Assembly (NCBI GenBank): GCA_965205425.1
Contig: CBDBGZ010000009.1
Location: 864,001 to 928,000, forward strand
DNA: 64,000 nt
DNA from: Nitrosopumilus sp.
GTDB taxonomy: Archaea; Thermoproteota; Nitrososphaeria; Nitrososphaerales; Nitrosopumilaceae
Reading direction: 5' to 3'
In this document: piece by piece, positions 11,417 to 21,124 of the stretch
Layout of the letters: the number at the start of each line of letters is the position of its first letter
Position numbering within the stretch: the stretch's first letter is position 1
Notes under the pieces: model-generated
Database searches by the model: none
What the model was told of the DNA's origin: nothing
Seen by the model: only the letters and a program-made list of their open reading frames with translations
Program-made: the position numbers and the translations under genes

Positions 11417-13327
11417 ATGGAAAAATTTTCAATTAAAGATGTAGGCGTCAAAGTAGGTTTAGAAATTCACCAACAACTTGCAACAAATAAAAAATTATTC
11501 TGCAATTGTATACCTATTGAATCAGATGAATATTCAATCAAATTTCAAAGGAAATTACGAGCATCTAAAAGTGAATTAGGGGAATTTGATCCTGCAGCAT
11601 TGTTTGAAAGTACAAAGTCTAAAACAATAATGTATTATGCAAATGATGAAAGCAGTTGCTTAGTAGAACAAGATGAAGAACCACCACATGAATTAGATGA
11701 AGATGCAAGAAAAATTGCCCTGGTAATTTCTTCTGCATTAAAATCAAATATTTTTAGTGAAATTTATCCTATGAGAAAAACAGTAATTGATGGTTCTAAT
11801 ACAACAGGATTTCAACGTACTATGTTAATTTCACAGGGGGGATTTTACAATGCTGGAGACATCAAGATCGGTATTCAATCAATTTGTCTAGAAGAAGATG
11901 CTGCCAAAATTTTAGGTGAAGAAGGTTCAACAAGAAAATTTGGTTTGGAACGTTTAGGAGTTCCATTAGTTGAAATTGCAACCGAACCTTTTGAAGTAGA
12001 ATTAACAGAAATTAAAAAAATTGCATTATCATTAGGAAGAATTTTGAGAAGTACAAAAAAAGTGAAAAGGGGTCTAGGATCAATTAGACAGGATGTTAAT
12101 GTTTCAATTAAGGATGGGGATGGCGTTGTAATCGAAGTGAAAGGAGTACAACAATTAGATCAATTAGAAAAAGTTGTTGAATATGAAGCCAAAAGACAAC
12201 ATGGTTTGTTAAAAATCTCAAAAAAAATCCAAGAAAATAATTGGACATATTCTAAAGATGATAAAAAAGATATTACAGAATTATTTTCAAAATGCAAATC
12301 AAAAATTATTCAAAATGCAATAAAGAAAAATCAAAAAATAATTTCAATATCTTTTAAAAACATGGCTGGAATATTCGGATTTTCACCATATGATGGTATC
12401 AGATTAGGAAAAGAAGTAGCAGAATTGGTAAGATTTTTTGGAATAGGGGGAGTATTTCATTCAGATGAATTGCCTAACTATGGAGTGGAAGAATCAGATT
12501 TGGAGGGATTAAAAGAATTTACTGAGATTAAAGAAAATGATGGATTTTTAATTTTAGCATCACCTACAGAAAAAATCCACACTATTGTAGATCAAATTAT
12601 TTTAAGAATTGAACATATTAGAGATCATGGTATCCCAATAGATACTAGATTAGCTACACCAGCAGGAGAAACAAAATTTCTTAGACCAAGACCAGGATCT
12701 GCAAGAATGTATCCTGAAACTGACATTCCTCCAATAATTATTACAAGAGAAGAATTATCTGAAGCTGAAAAAAATATTCCAAAATCATGGGATGATTCTA
12801 TAAAAGAATTGGAAACTAAATATGGAATTAATTCTCAACTTGCCGAACAGATTTTTGATTCACGGTACATTGGATTATTTGAAAAAATTATTGAAGAAAT
12901 TAAGATAAATCCAACATTTGTTACATCAATCCTTTGTTCTTCAATTACAAATTTGGAAAGAAGTGGACTAGACTCTAATTTATTAAAAAATGAAGAGATT
13001 TTCAAATCGTTTCAGTTTTTGGAAGAAGGAAAAATTGCAAAAGAATCTATTGAAATAGTATTTGAAAATATAATGGCTGGAAAATCAAAAATTATTGAAG
13101 AAGCTATGAAAAATGCCTCAATTCAATCTGTAAATGAAGATGATCTAGAAAAAATTATTGAAGAAATTGTAGAGAAAAATGTAGATATCATTAAAAATCA
13201 AAAAGAAAGAGCGATGGGACCATTAATGGGAATTGCTATGAAAGAATTAAGAGGTAAAGCTTCTGGTGAAACAATCAACAATCTTCTTTTAAAAAATATC
13301 AAAAAAAAAATAGAAAATCTAGAATAG
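11417..13327 (+). CDS. gatE: Glu-tRNA(Gln) amidotransferase subunit E
   Basis: GLEIHQQL, IDGSNTTGFQRT, RPRPGSARMYPETD, C-terminal YqeY-like domain. Confidence 0.97.
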   Translation: MEKFSIKDVGVKVGLEIHQQLATNKKLFCNCIPIESDEYSIKFQRKLRASKSELGEFDPAALFESTKSKTIMYYANDESSCLVEQDEEPPHELDEDARKIALVISSALKSNIFSEIYPMRKTVIDGSNTTGFQRTMLISQGGFYNAGDIKIGIQSICLEEDAAKILGEEGSTRKFGLERLGVPLVEIATEPFEVELTEIKKIALSLGRILRSTKKVKRGLGSIRQDVNVSIKDGDGVVIEVKGVQQLDQLEKVVEYEAKRQHGLLKISKKIQENNWTYSKDDKKDITELFSKCKSKIIQNAIKKNQKIISISFKNMAGIFGFSPYDGIRLGKEVAELVRFFGIGGVFHSDELPNYGVEESDLEGLKEFTEIKENDGFLILASPTEKIHTIVDQIILRIEHIRDHGIPIDTRLATPAGETKFLRPRPGSARMYPETDIPPIIITREELSEAEKNIPKSWDDSIKELETKYGINSQLAEQIFDSRYIGLFEKIIEEIKINPTFVTSILCSSITNLERSGLDSNLLKNEEIFKSFQFLEEGKIAKESIEIVFENIMAGKSKIIEEAMKNASIQSVNEDDLEKIIEEIVEKNVDIIKNQKERAMGPLMGIAMKELRGKASGETINNLLLKNIKKKIENLE

Positions 13328-13331
13328 GTAA

Positions 13332-13350
13332 TGCGGGAAGTGGGATTTGA
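13332..13350 (-). other. tRNA 3'-end remnant (probably tRNA-Leu), att-like site at the left island boundary
   Basis: Minus strand reads TCAAATCCCACTTCCCGCA: part of the T-loop, the T-stem, the acceptor strand and A73; similarity stops inside the T-loop. Confidence 0.7.
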
Positions 13351-13355
13351 GATTT

Positions 13356-14674
13356 CAGTAGATGGGAAAGTAACTCAAGTTACACATTCTAGAAAATAAT
13401 TATTTTTGTTATTTCTAAAGTAATGAATAATTATCTTTACAAAGAAATATTTGAGAATTTCAATTGATATTATTGGTTTGTGATTTTGTACATTAGTTTC
13501 TTCTGAGATAATCAAATTAGCAATTATCCATGCATTGTACAAAATCAAGGAATAGTAAAAATACAACAATCTTATGGATTGGTTTGAACTGGTGGTTTTT
13601 GGTCTGAACCTTCCCACACATGCATAACCTGTTTCAATCCCCCAACGTTTCTTGTAATCAGTTGGAATGTTTTGTATGTTATATGATATTTCTTTTGGTG
13701 AAACGTTTGTTGCAAACACAACATACTGATCAATAATATCTGATTTTTTTCTTGCATTTTTGTTTGGTAGAATAACTAGATTAAATGATTCTACATGTCC
13801 TGATGATGATTTTATTGTGTATGGCGAGATTGACTTTCTATCTCCATTAACGTATTGTACAATTGCATCTTTGATTCGAGAATTCTTTTTTGCAGGCATT
13901 AGAAATTTTAAATTCCTTTGTTTTATTTCTGAAATTGTTCCAGCTGTGAAAAACTCCCTATCCACTAGCAATAGTTTAATCTTGATTCCATTATTGATGC
14001 CATCAGAGAGTAATTTACGCACAAAATCGGCATTTGATATGTTGTCATACAAAGGATAACAACCTAATTGAGCCCTGATTCTTTTTTCAACGCACTGCAT
14101 GGTGCAGTAACTCTCAAAATGAGTAGTACTGTTTTTAGATTTTGATTTTATTAAAGAATGGTTTGGCAATTTGTCATATCTTGGGATTAGATGTTTGTCA
14201 ATTGCCACAGTAACTGGTTGCTCCAATACTCCCAATTCTTGTAATTTTGATATGGTACTATCCAGTGAACGATGTAATTGAATTTGCATTGTTTTTTGTG
14301 ATATTTTTGATATAATTTTTCTCAACCATGAAACCCGTTGGAGAATGATTCTGGGATTCCATTGCCAGTCTCTTTAATCCAGATTCAGAATATGAATTTC
14401 CCAAACACAATGACATGATAGAATTGTGTGCATCAGCATTGTGGAACCGTGAGTTATTTTTACTAGAGCATGGAAACAACAAGATATTGTACATTATTTT
14501 AGTGATAATCTCAAATGCTTTTGATAGTATCACGCCTTGGTGTGTCATGGTATCAAATGAAGTACAATGCATATTTGATGGAGTGACATACTTACATCAA
14601 GCTTTTTCTATCTGAATAATTTGAGAAAATGATCGTTATTTTTTGATCCGAATTGAGCACTTTCCTATCTACTG
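13356..14674 (-). mobile_element. IS4-superfamily (ISH3-like) element, copy 1; transposase in two frames (14258-14572, 13375-14325)
   Basis: Terminal IRs CAGTAGATGGGAAAGT / CAGTAGATAGGAAAGT; VAIDKH, LVDREFF, YKKRWGIETGY motifs; second copy at 29013-30332; no TSD. Confidence 0.88.
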
Positions 14675-14870
14675 TTCCTGAGACATGGTTGATGTTTTTC
14701 CACTTACATCGTGGACAAATCCGTTTTCCTTGCCATCTTTTGTGTCGAAAATAGACCCTACTTTTCGTCACACTATTTGCCAGTTTGATCGGATCAACAT
14801 CAGGCACAACTTAGGCATGAACAATTTAGAAATATTTCTTGTTATCTGTTCCAACTAAGGGGGTATTACC
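14675..14870 (-). mobile_element. IS1595-like remnant (N-terminal Zn ribbon only), cut by the ISH3-like element
   Basis: FRHKRWQGKRICPRC resembles an IS1595 transposase N-terminus; the frame runs into the IS end at 14674. Confidence 0.55.
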
Positions 14871-14875
14871 TTATT

Positions 14876-15157
14876 TTATGATGTATTTTCATTTGTAATG
14901 TAATCTATTGCTTTCATGATATCATTATCTGATTCTATCAGAGCAATCATAGATTCATCATAAGATGCATTAGTTACATCCGTTACTGATTGTATATCTT
15001 TTTCACTCGGAGGCAACGATATGTATCCAGAGAATGGTTCCTCATAACCCCCACCTTTCCAACCACTTGGATTGTTTTGTTGAAAAGAGAGAGAAACACC
15101 AATAATAATAATTAGTGAAATTATAATAATGAATTTTTTAGAATTAAAAAAAGTCAT
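14876..15157 (-). CDS. Small membrane-anchored protein (partner of 15161-16069)
   Basis: N-terminal hydrophobic helix FIIIISLIIIIGVSL; starts 3 bp after the upstream gene. Confidence 0.7.
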   Translation of the reverse strand: MTFFNSKKFIIIISLIIIIGVSLSFQQNNPSGWKGGGYEEPFSGYISLPPSEKDIQSVTDVTNASYDESMIALIESDNDIMKAIDYITNENTS

Positions 15158-15160
15158 TGT

Positions 15161-16051
15161 TTAATCTATAAACAATGTATGGTATATGACGTTTCCAGAA
15201 TTAGAGTATTGAGAATTACAAATTGACCAATAATGAGTTTTCGATGGTGAAAAATTGAATGTATTTTCATCATGGCAACTATCAACCCAATCAGAATGAC
15301 TTTGTATAGAAATCCAACTTCCTATATCTATACCTGATTGATATGAATCACTAATATTTTTCACTTTATGATATGGTATTACTTGACCATACCATGCTTC
15401 ATTACCTAAAGTGTATTGTGCGGACCATAATTCTCCATAATCCATATTTTTATTGTATGTTGTTGATGTACATAACAAGAGACCATTATGACACCAGAAT
15501 TTTTGATAGATCGTGGATTTAAATGGGTCTCCAGATACAAATGTAATCTTACTTGATCCATCATCATATGTTATTTGTCTTATGTTGTCATTTTTTTCTC
15601 TTTTGATTTCATTTCTTTCAGAAGAGTTTGCAGTTCTATCTAATTCTAAATCCCAGAAATACGGATCTAATTTATAGGCATCAGCTAATACAATGCCTAC
15701 TTCTAGTAACCTTTCTTGTTTTTCATCAAGTTGTTCCTTTAGTTGTTGTTTTTCATTGCCATCATCAGAGTTTCTAATTTGCTCTAATATTTCCAATACT
15801 TGATTTGCATATAGGTCTTGATATTTTGGTTGTACTAATTCAATTACTTCACTATTTATCATGGAATTAATAACTCTGATTTTAATATCATCAGATGTGT
15901 TATTATCACCAAAAATATTGTTGTATTGATGAATTAGTAGTTCATCATCTATTACTGATGCCTCTGCATAATTTATCATACTAAATGGCAGAATCATTGT
16001 AGCAATCAAGCCAGCAAAAAGTATTGTCTGTACTTTTTTATCATTTTTCAT
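15161..16051 (-). CDS. Secreted pro-protein A with a Cys/Trp-containing C-terminal domain
   Basis: Signal peptide MKNDKKVQTILFAGLIATMILPFSM..AEA, acidic helical region, then a C-domain after ITFVS. Confidence 0.78.
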   Translation of the reverse strand: MKNDKKVQTILFAGLIATMILPFSMINYAEASVIDDELLIHQYNNIFGDNNTSDDIKIRVINSMINSEVIELVQPKYQDLYANQVLEILEQIRNSDDGNEKQQLKEQLDEKQERLLEVGIVLADAYKLDPYFWDLELDRTANSSERNEIKREKNDNIRQITYDDGSSKITFVSGDPFKSTIYQKFWCHNGLLLCTSTTYNKNMDYGELWSAQYTLGNEAWYGQVIPYHKVKNISDSYQSGIDIGSWISIQSHSDWVDSCHDENTFNFSPSKTHYWSICNSQYSNSGNVIYHTLFID

Positions 16052-16349
16052 GTTATTGTTACATCGCAAAAATTATTCCAATATAAAGATAACATGAGAC
16101 TTGGCATAATTATTTACAAAAAACAAAACCAAAAAATAATTATTATCAAATTGATTTTGTTTTAATCAACATAATCTAATGTATATTCAATATGACTTTA
16201 CAATTCCATGATATTATTCCATCATAGAAAGTGGGATAAAGTAATATGGATTATATGTTAGGATTTTACCGTATTAAATAATAACATGAAAAATTTAACA
16301 AAAAAGACACAAACAATTTTGTTTGCAGGAATAATTACTGCAATGATTC
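16026..16349. repeat. 324-bp divergent promoter + leader cassette, copy 1 (direct repeat of 19930-20253)
   Basis: Near-identical at a constant offset of 3904 bp; differences cluster near 16093-16117. Confidence 0.92.
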
Positions 16350-17209
16350 TACCGTTTAGTATGATGGATTTTGCAGATGCTCAGAATGGACCAGGTGAGG
16401 ATTCTACAGATGAGGTAGGACCAGTTGGAGTTGTTGATGAACTAACAAAACAAGAGTTCAAAGAGGATATTCGAGAATTAATAGATGATGCAGATACAAA
16501 AGATTTTCAAGCAAAATCTAATGAAATCAAGGCAGAATATGACGAGTTCTTTAGTACTGTAATTGAACAAGCCCGTGTGGATTCAGAAACTAGAAACCTG
16601 ACTGATGTAGAGATTGCAGCTGTAAAAAATTATATCTTTGATGAAACAATAAAAGACGAGAAACTAAAAACATTACAAGAGTCAGATTATGCAGATAGGA
16701 TAGATGTTAGTTTTCTAGATTGGTTTGGTATTCAGACTGCAAGTGCCGCATGTTCAAGTACTACAAATCCAACATACAAACAACTACGTCTAGACATTGA
16801 TGGCGGCATACACAACGGCAATGCATACAATGGCGATAATGACTTGTATCTTGTATTATACCAAGACAGCCCTGGAACCTGTGAAAGAACATATATTTTG
16901 TCTTTTCTAGATGAGGATCATCCTTATTTGGATTCATTTTACGATAGTGTACGATTCTTCATGTTCAACAGAACATTTGATATCGAGTCATTTGTAATTA
17001 AGAACAACAACCAAATAATATTTGGCGATACGTGGAGTTCTTCAAATAGTTATGATTGTACTCGTGGTTCACTTGATCCTAGAGGATGTCATTTTACAAC
17101 AACTAAATCATACACACCTGGTCAAACAATCTATGTCAGTAACACTTGGAACCATATGATGGATACGTCTGACACAAACAGATCTCTATCCAAGGTCTCA
17201 GTACCTTAA
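16286..17209 (+). CDS. Secreted pro-protein B
   Basis: Same signal-peptide family; internal WFGIQTASAAC motif; C-domain with DEDHP and YVSNTWNH; paralogue of 19047-19955. Confidence 0.85.
   Translation: MKNLTKKTQTILFAGIITAMILPFSMMDFADAQNGPGEDSTDEVGPVGVVDELTKQEFKEDIRELIDDADTKDFQAKSNEIKAEYDEFFSTVIEQARVDSETRNLTDVEIAAVKNYIFDETIKDEKLKTLQESDYADRIDVSFLDWFGIQTASAACSSTTNPTYKQLRLDIDGGIHNGNAYNGDNDLYLVLYQDSPGTCERTYILSFLDEDHPYLDSFYDSVRFFMFNRTFDIESFVIKNNNQIIFGDTWSSSNSYDCTRGSLDPRGCHFTTTKSYTPGQTIYVSNTWNHMMDTSDTNRSLSKVSVP
16319..16807. repeat. 489-bp inverted repeat with 19437-19925 (5' halves of B and B')
   Basis: Ungapped high-identity reverse-complement match ending at the DIDGG codons. Confidence 0.9.
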
Positions 17210-17220
17210 TCTTTTTTCTT

Positions 17221-17511
17221 TTGATTATGAGAAAGTTAACACTCTATGTGGGGTTACCTTCATATGGGTTATTGATTTTTTTTATTCCAGGCTTTGTGCC
17301 TGACTTTCATATTATATGGTATTTTAATCCGGTTGTGTTGATGATGAATGTTATTATTATCGGGTTAGATGATGCAAATAGAGGCCTACAAATTAGTAGT
17401 GATATAATGGTAAGTGTAATTGTGATCGGTAACATTTCTTTTTGGCTCACTATTGCATATTATATTAATAGATTTTTAGATAATCGCAGAAAAAGATTAG
17501 AATTAAAGTAG
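17221..17511 (+). CDS. Small multi-TM membrane protein (partner of B)
   Basis: Three hydrophobic stretches and basic tail YINRFLDNRRKRLELK; homologue of 18745-19041. Confidence 0.8.
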   Translation: MIMRKLTLYVGLPSYGLLIFFIPGFVPDFHIIWYFNPVVLMMNVIIIGLDDANRGLQISSDIMVSVIVIGNISFWLTIAYYINRFLDNRRKRLELK

Positions 17512-17521
17512 AATATATGTA

Positions 17522-18607
17522 TAGCGACGATCAAAAGTTCGCAAACATCTTTGCGGGATTTCTAAAGATATAATTTGCAACATCAAGCTTGAATTTTGTC
17601 ACTCTGAAATATTTTGACACTGCCTTGTTCATCATTGTAAACATTGCATAATACTCTGAAACCAACAATGCATACTTGCTTATCTTCCAGCACTGCTCTA
17701 TCATGTTCTTCAAGTATGGTGATCCCTTTGGCAACCAGATTAGTTTGACATCTCTATTGTTTGCAAGGTATTCCTTTACCTTCTTTGATTTGTGAACTGA
17801 TGCTCTATCTAAAATGATTGCAATCTTGCCGTATTTCCAGTGTAACTCCTTTAGGTACTCTACAAATGTTACAGCATTGAATTTGTCATAAACTCTAAAC
17901 AGTTGATTACCATTTTCTGTAATTGTACCATACACTGCCAGACTCTCATGTCGTCCTGTATATGGAAGAAATATTCTCTTTGCAACTGGTGACCAGTACT
18001 TTTTTCCTGTTTTTGTATCCCTTACAAAGAATGCTTCATCAGCCATTGCAATTACAAATCCTTTCTTTTTTAGGCGTGAAATTCTCTTTTTGGTGCGTTG
18101 CTGCCAGCTTCTCACAGCAGATATACTTGCATGGTTGATGTGATATTTTTGTGCAGTTTTTGCAGACATGCCGTATTGGTGCATTATCTTTCTGATGTGG
18201 GTTATGTGAAATTTTACTCCAGTGGAATAAAAGATACTTTGTTGCAACATTATGGGGGTAAACAAAGTTAGCATTGCTTTTGACATGATAGCATCCATTC
18301 GAGTCTGGGAGATTGTTCTTGGCCTGCCACTTCTTGGGTGGTCGTAGAGGCCATCTATCTCAAAACGACTCACCCATTTTCTCACCCAGCTTGTGCAGTG
18401 GTGTAATGTCTTTGCAGTGCACTGTATGTCCTTTCCATCCTTTAGAATCATCAACACTGCAAGCATCCTTACTGCAACCTTGGAGTTTTCTTTTTTGTAT
18501 GCTGCTTTCAAGTGATTCTAACTTGTTCATCAAATTTTACCATACATAGTGATCAAAAAGTTTTTTGTTTTGGAATAATTTAGTTCACGAACTTTATCTT
18601 TTCGCTA
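17522..18607 (-). mobile_element. IS630-family element (transposase 17531-18511)
   Basis: HTH with RSGRP; MADEA, ILDRASVH and IEQCW DDE motifs; imperfect IRs TAGCGA...AAGTTCG; TA dinucleotide on both flanks. Confidence 0.88.
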
Positions 18608-18744
18608 TAACTCTGTTATTTCTAATTTATTTTTTAATATTTTTAATCTATTTGCAATACTTGTTCTTAGTTTTTTTGAAACGATTCTTGGGCATCACAA
18701 ACATCAAAAGTAGTTGAATTTATTTATCTGTGCAATAACCTATT

Positions 18745-19041
18745 CTACTTTAATTCTAATTTTTTTCTGCGATTATCTAAAAATCTATTAATATAATGTG
18801 CAATAGGGAGCCAAAAAATAAGATTAGATGCAAGGATTGTGATAAAGTTTGCAATCTCACCAGACAGATAACGTGGACCATCATCTATCGCCATAACGAC
18901 AAAAGTCATTAGATATACCACTGGATTAAAAATCACATTAGTATGATAATTCATTGGAAGTCCTACCAAATATGTACCATAGAAAGTTAAAAGACCATAA
19001 AATGGCAAACCAATGTAAAGTGCTAATTTCCTTATAGTCAA
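18745..19041 (-). CDS. Small multi-TM membrane protein (partner of B')
   Basis: Homologue of 17221-17511 with conserved ends and a divergent middle. Confidence 0.8.
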   Translation of the reverse strand: MTIRKLALYIGLPFYGLLTFYGTYLVGLPMNYHTNVIFNPVVYLMTFVVMAIDDGPRYLSGEIANFITILASNLIFWLPIAHYINRFLDNRRKKLELK

Positions 19042-19046
19042 AAAGA

Positions 19047-19955
19047 TTAAGGTACTGAGACCTTAGATAGGGATCTGTTTGTGTCAGATATATCCATCAT
19101 ATGATTCCAAGTATTGCTGACATAGATTATTTGACCCGGTGTGTATGGCTTTGTTGTGGTTGCATGACAATAGATAGTTGTACATAGATAATCCCAAGAA
19201 TTACTCCATGTATTATCAAATTCTATCTGATTATTGTTCTTGATGGTAAATATTTCTATATCGTGTATTCTATCATACATGATTATTCTGACTCGGTCAT
19301 ATGCGGCATCCAAAGTTGGGTGATCTTCATCATAGAAATATAAAGAGTACGTTCTTTCACAATCTACAGAATTATCATTATATGAGACAAGATACAAATC
19401 ATTATCCCCATTGAAATGATATAACCAACCAATAGAGCCGCCATCAATGTCTAGACGTAGTTGTTTGTATGTTGGATTTGTAGTACTTGAACATGCGGCA
19501 CTTGCACTAGGAATTCCAAACCAATCTAGAAAACTAACATCTATCCTATCTGCATAATTTGACTCTTGTAATGCTTTTAGTTTTACATCTTTGATTGTTT
19601 CATCAAAGATGTATTTTTTTACATTTATAATTTCAGCATTAGTCAGGTTTCTAGTTTCTGAATCCACACGGGCTTGTTCAATTACAGTACTAAAGAACTC
19701 GTCATATTCTGCCTTGATTTCATTAGATTTTGCTTGAAAATCTTCTGTATCTATACCATCTAACAGTTCTCTGATATCATCTTTGAACTCTTGTTTTGTT
19801 AGTTCATCAACAACTCCAACTGGTCCTACCTCATCTGTAGAATCCTCACCTGGTCCATTCTGAGCATCTGCAAAATCCATCATACTAAACGGTAGAATCA
19901 TTGCAGTAATTATTCCTGCAAACAATACAGTCTGTACTTTTTTATCATTTTTCAT
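19047..19955 (-). CDS. Secreted pro-protein B' (A-type start fused to a B-type body)
   Basis: MKNDKKVQT start as in gene A, then near-identical to B up to DIDGG, then a divergent C-domain. Confidence 0.85.
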   Translation of the reverse strand: MKNDKKVQTVLFAGIITAMILPFSMMDFADAQNGPGEDSTDEVGPVGVVDELTKQEFKDDIRELLDGIDTEDFQAKSNEIKAEYDEFFSTVIEQARVDSETRNLTNAEIINVKKYIFDETIKDVKLKALQESNYADRIDVSFLDWFGIPSASAACSSTTNPTYKQLRLDIDGGSIGWLYHFNGDNDLYLVSYNDNSVDCERTYSLYFYDEDHPTLDAAYDRVRIIMYDRIHDIEIFTIKNNNQIEFDNTWSNSWDYLCTTIYCHATTTKPYTPGQIIYVSNTWNHMMDISDTNRSLSKVSVP

Positions 19956-20253
19956 GTTATTGTCACATCGCAAAAATTATTCCAATATAAAGATAACTTA
20001 GACATGGGCATAATCAATTACAAAAAACAAAACCAAAAAATAATTATTATCAAATTGATTTTGTTTTAATCAACATAATCTAATGTATATTCAATATGAC
20101 TTTACAATTCCATGATATTATTCCATCATAGAAAGTGGGATAAAGTAATATGGATTATATGTTAGGATTTTACCGTATTAAATAATAACATGAAAAATTT
20201 AACAAAAAAGACACAAACAATTTTGTTTGCAGGAATAATTACTGCAATGATTC
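19930..20253. repeat. Divergent promoter + leader cassette, copy 2, bounded by a perfect 31-bp inverted repeat (19895-19925 / 20223-20253)
   Basis: TTGTTTGCAGGAATAATTACTGCAATGATTC present in both orientations. Confidence 0.9.
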
Positions 20254-21117
20254 CTGCCCTTTAGTACGATGAATGTCGTAGATGCTCAGAATGTCCTAGG
20301 AGAGGATTCTACAGATGAGGTAGGACCAGTTGGAGTTGTTGATGAATTAACAGTACTAGATTCTGTATTAGATGACTATTTAGAGGAATTAGAAGTTGAA
20401 CAAGATGTAGAATATACAGAATATTTGGATACTGCAATTACTAGATTAGAAATTGCAAAAGCAATGATGCAGGTTTCAAAAAATTCTACTGATATTGCAA
20501 TGAAATATCAAAACCACACTGTTCTAGAACTGCTTGTCCTTCTTGATCAAACATATGGACCTGAGGATTATCCTGCAACTAACAGTGATAACAATTCAAC
20601 ACATACAAACATAGACATGCTAACTGAAAATAATCATGTATCTGGACTTTATTTTGTTAGTCATAGTACGCCAGAAGTTGATGTGTTGAATTACAACAAC
20701 CATCACCAAAAACAATATGATTGTATGGACAGAATAACCCTTACAGGTAAATCTTTATCTGTCTTAACATCATACTCAGACAACACTGCAACGATTACTG
20801 GTACATTTGATTATCCAGAAGATATGGATAAAAATATCAGAGAACGAAGAAGTAATGAATGCTTGAGTTTTGAACACGATGAAACAGTAAAACGACATGA
20901 TGTTATGATATCCCTTGATCCTAGAGAAATAATACGAGCTCAAGTGTGTACTTTGACGGAATCTAATCCTTTGGATTCTGACTTGGTAAGTTGCAATGCT
21001 TTTGGTGCAAATAGATTGACTGTAATTACGACAATTAACACGTATGATGGAGTTGATTCATCTAAAATAACCTCGCTTGGGAGTACAATGGTAACACTGT
21101 TGTTTACTGCGCCATAA
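20190..21117 (+). pseudogene. Secreted pro-protein C with a +1 frameshift in the signal peptide
   Basis: ATG 20190 MKNLTKKTQTILFAGIITAMI, then an extra C at 20253/4 (ATT-C-CTG-CCC-TTT-AGT); the body is ORF 20269-21117, sharing GEDSTDEVGPVGVVDELT with B. Confidence 0.78.
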
Positions 21118-21124
21118 TTTTTTC

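Noticed and set aside
16286..19973. Diversity-generating retroelement (TR/VR pair)
   Set aside because: No reverse transcriptase, and B/B' differences include indels and are not adenine-specific
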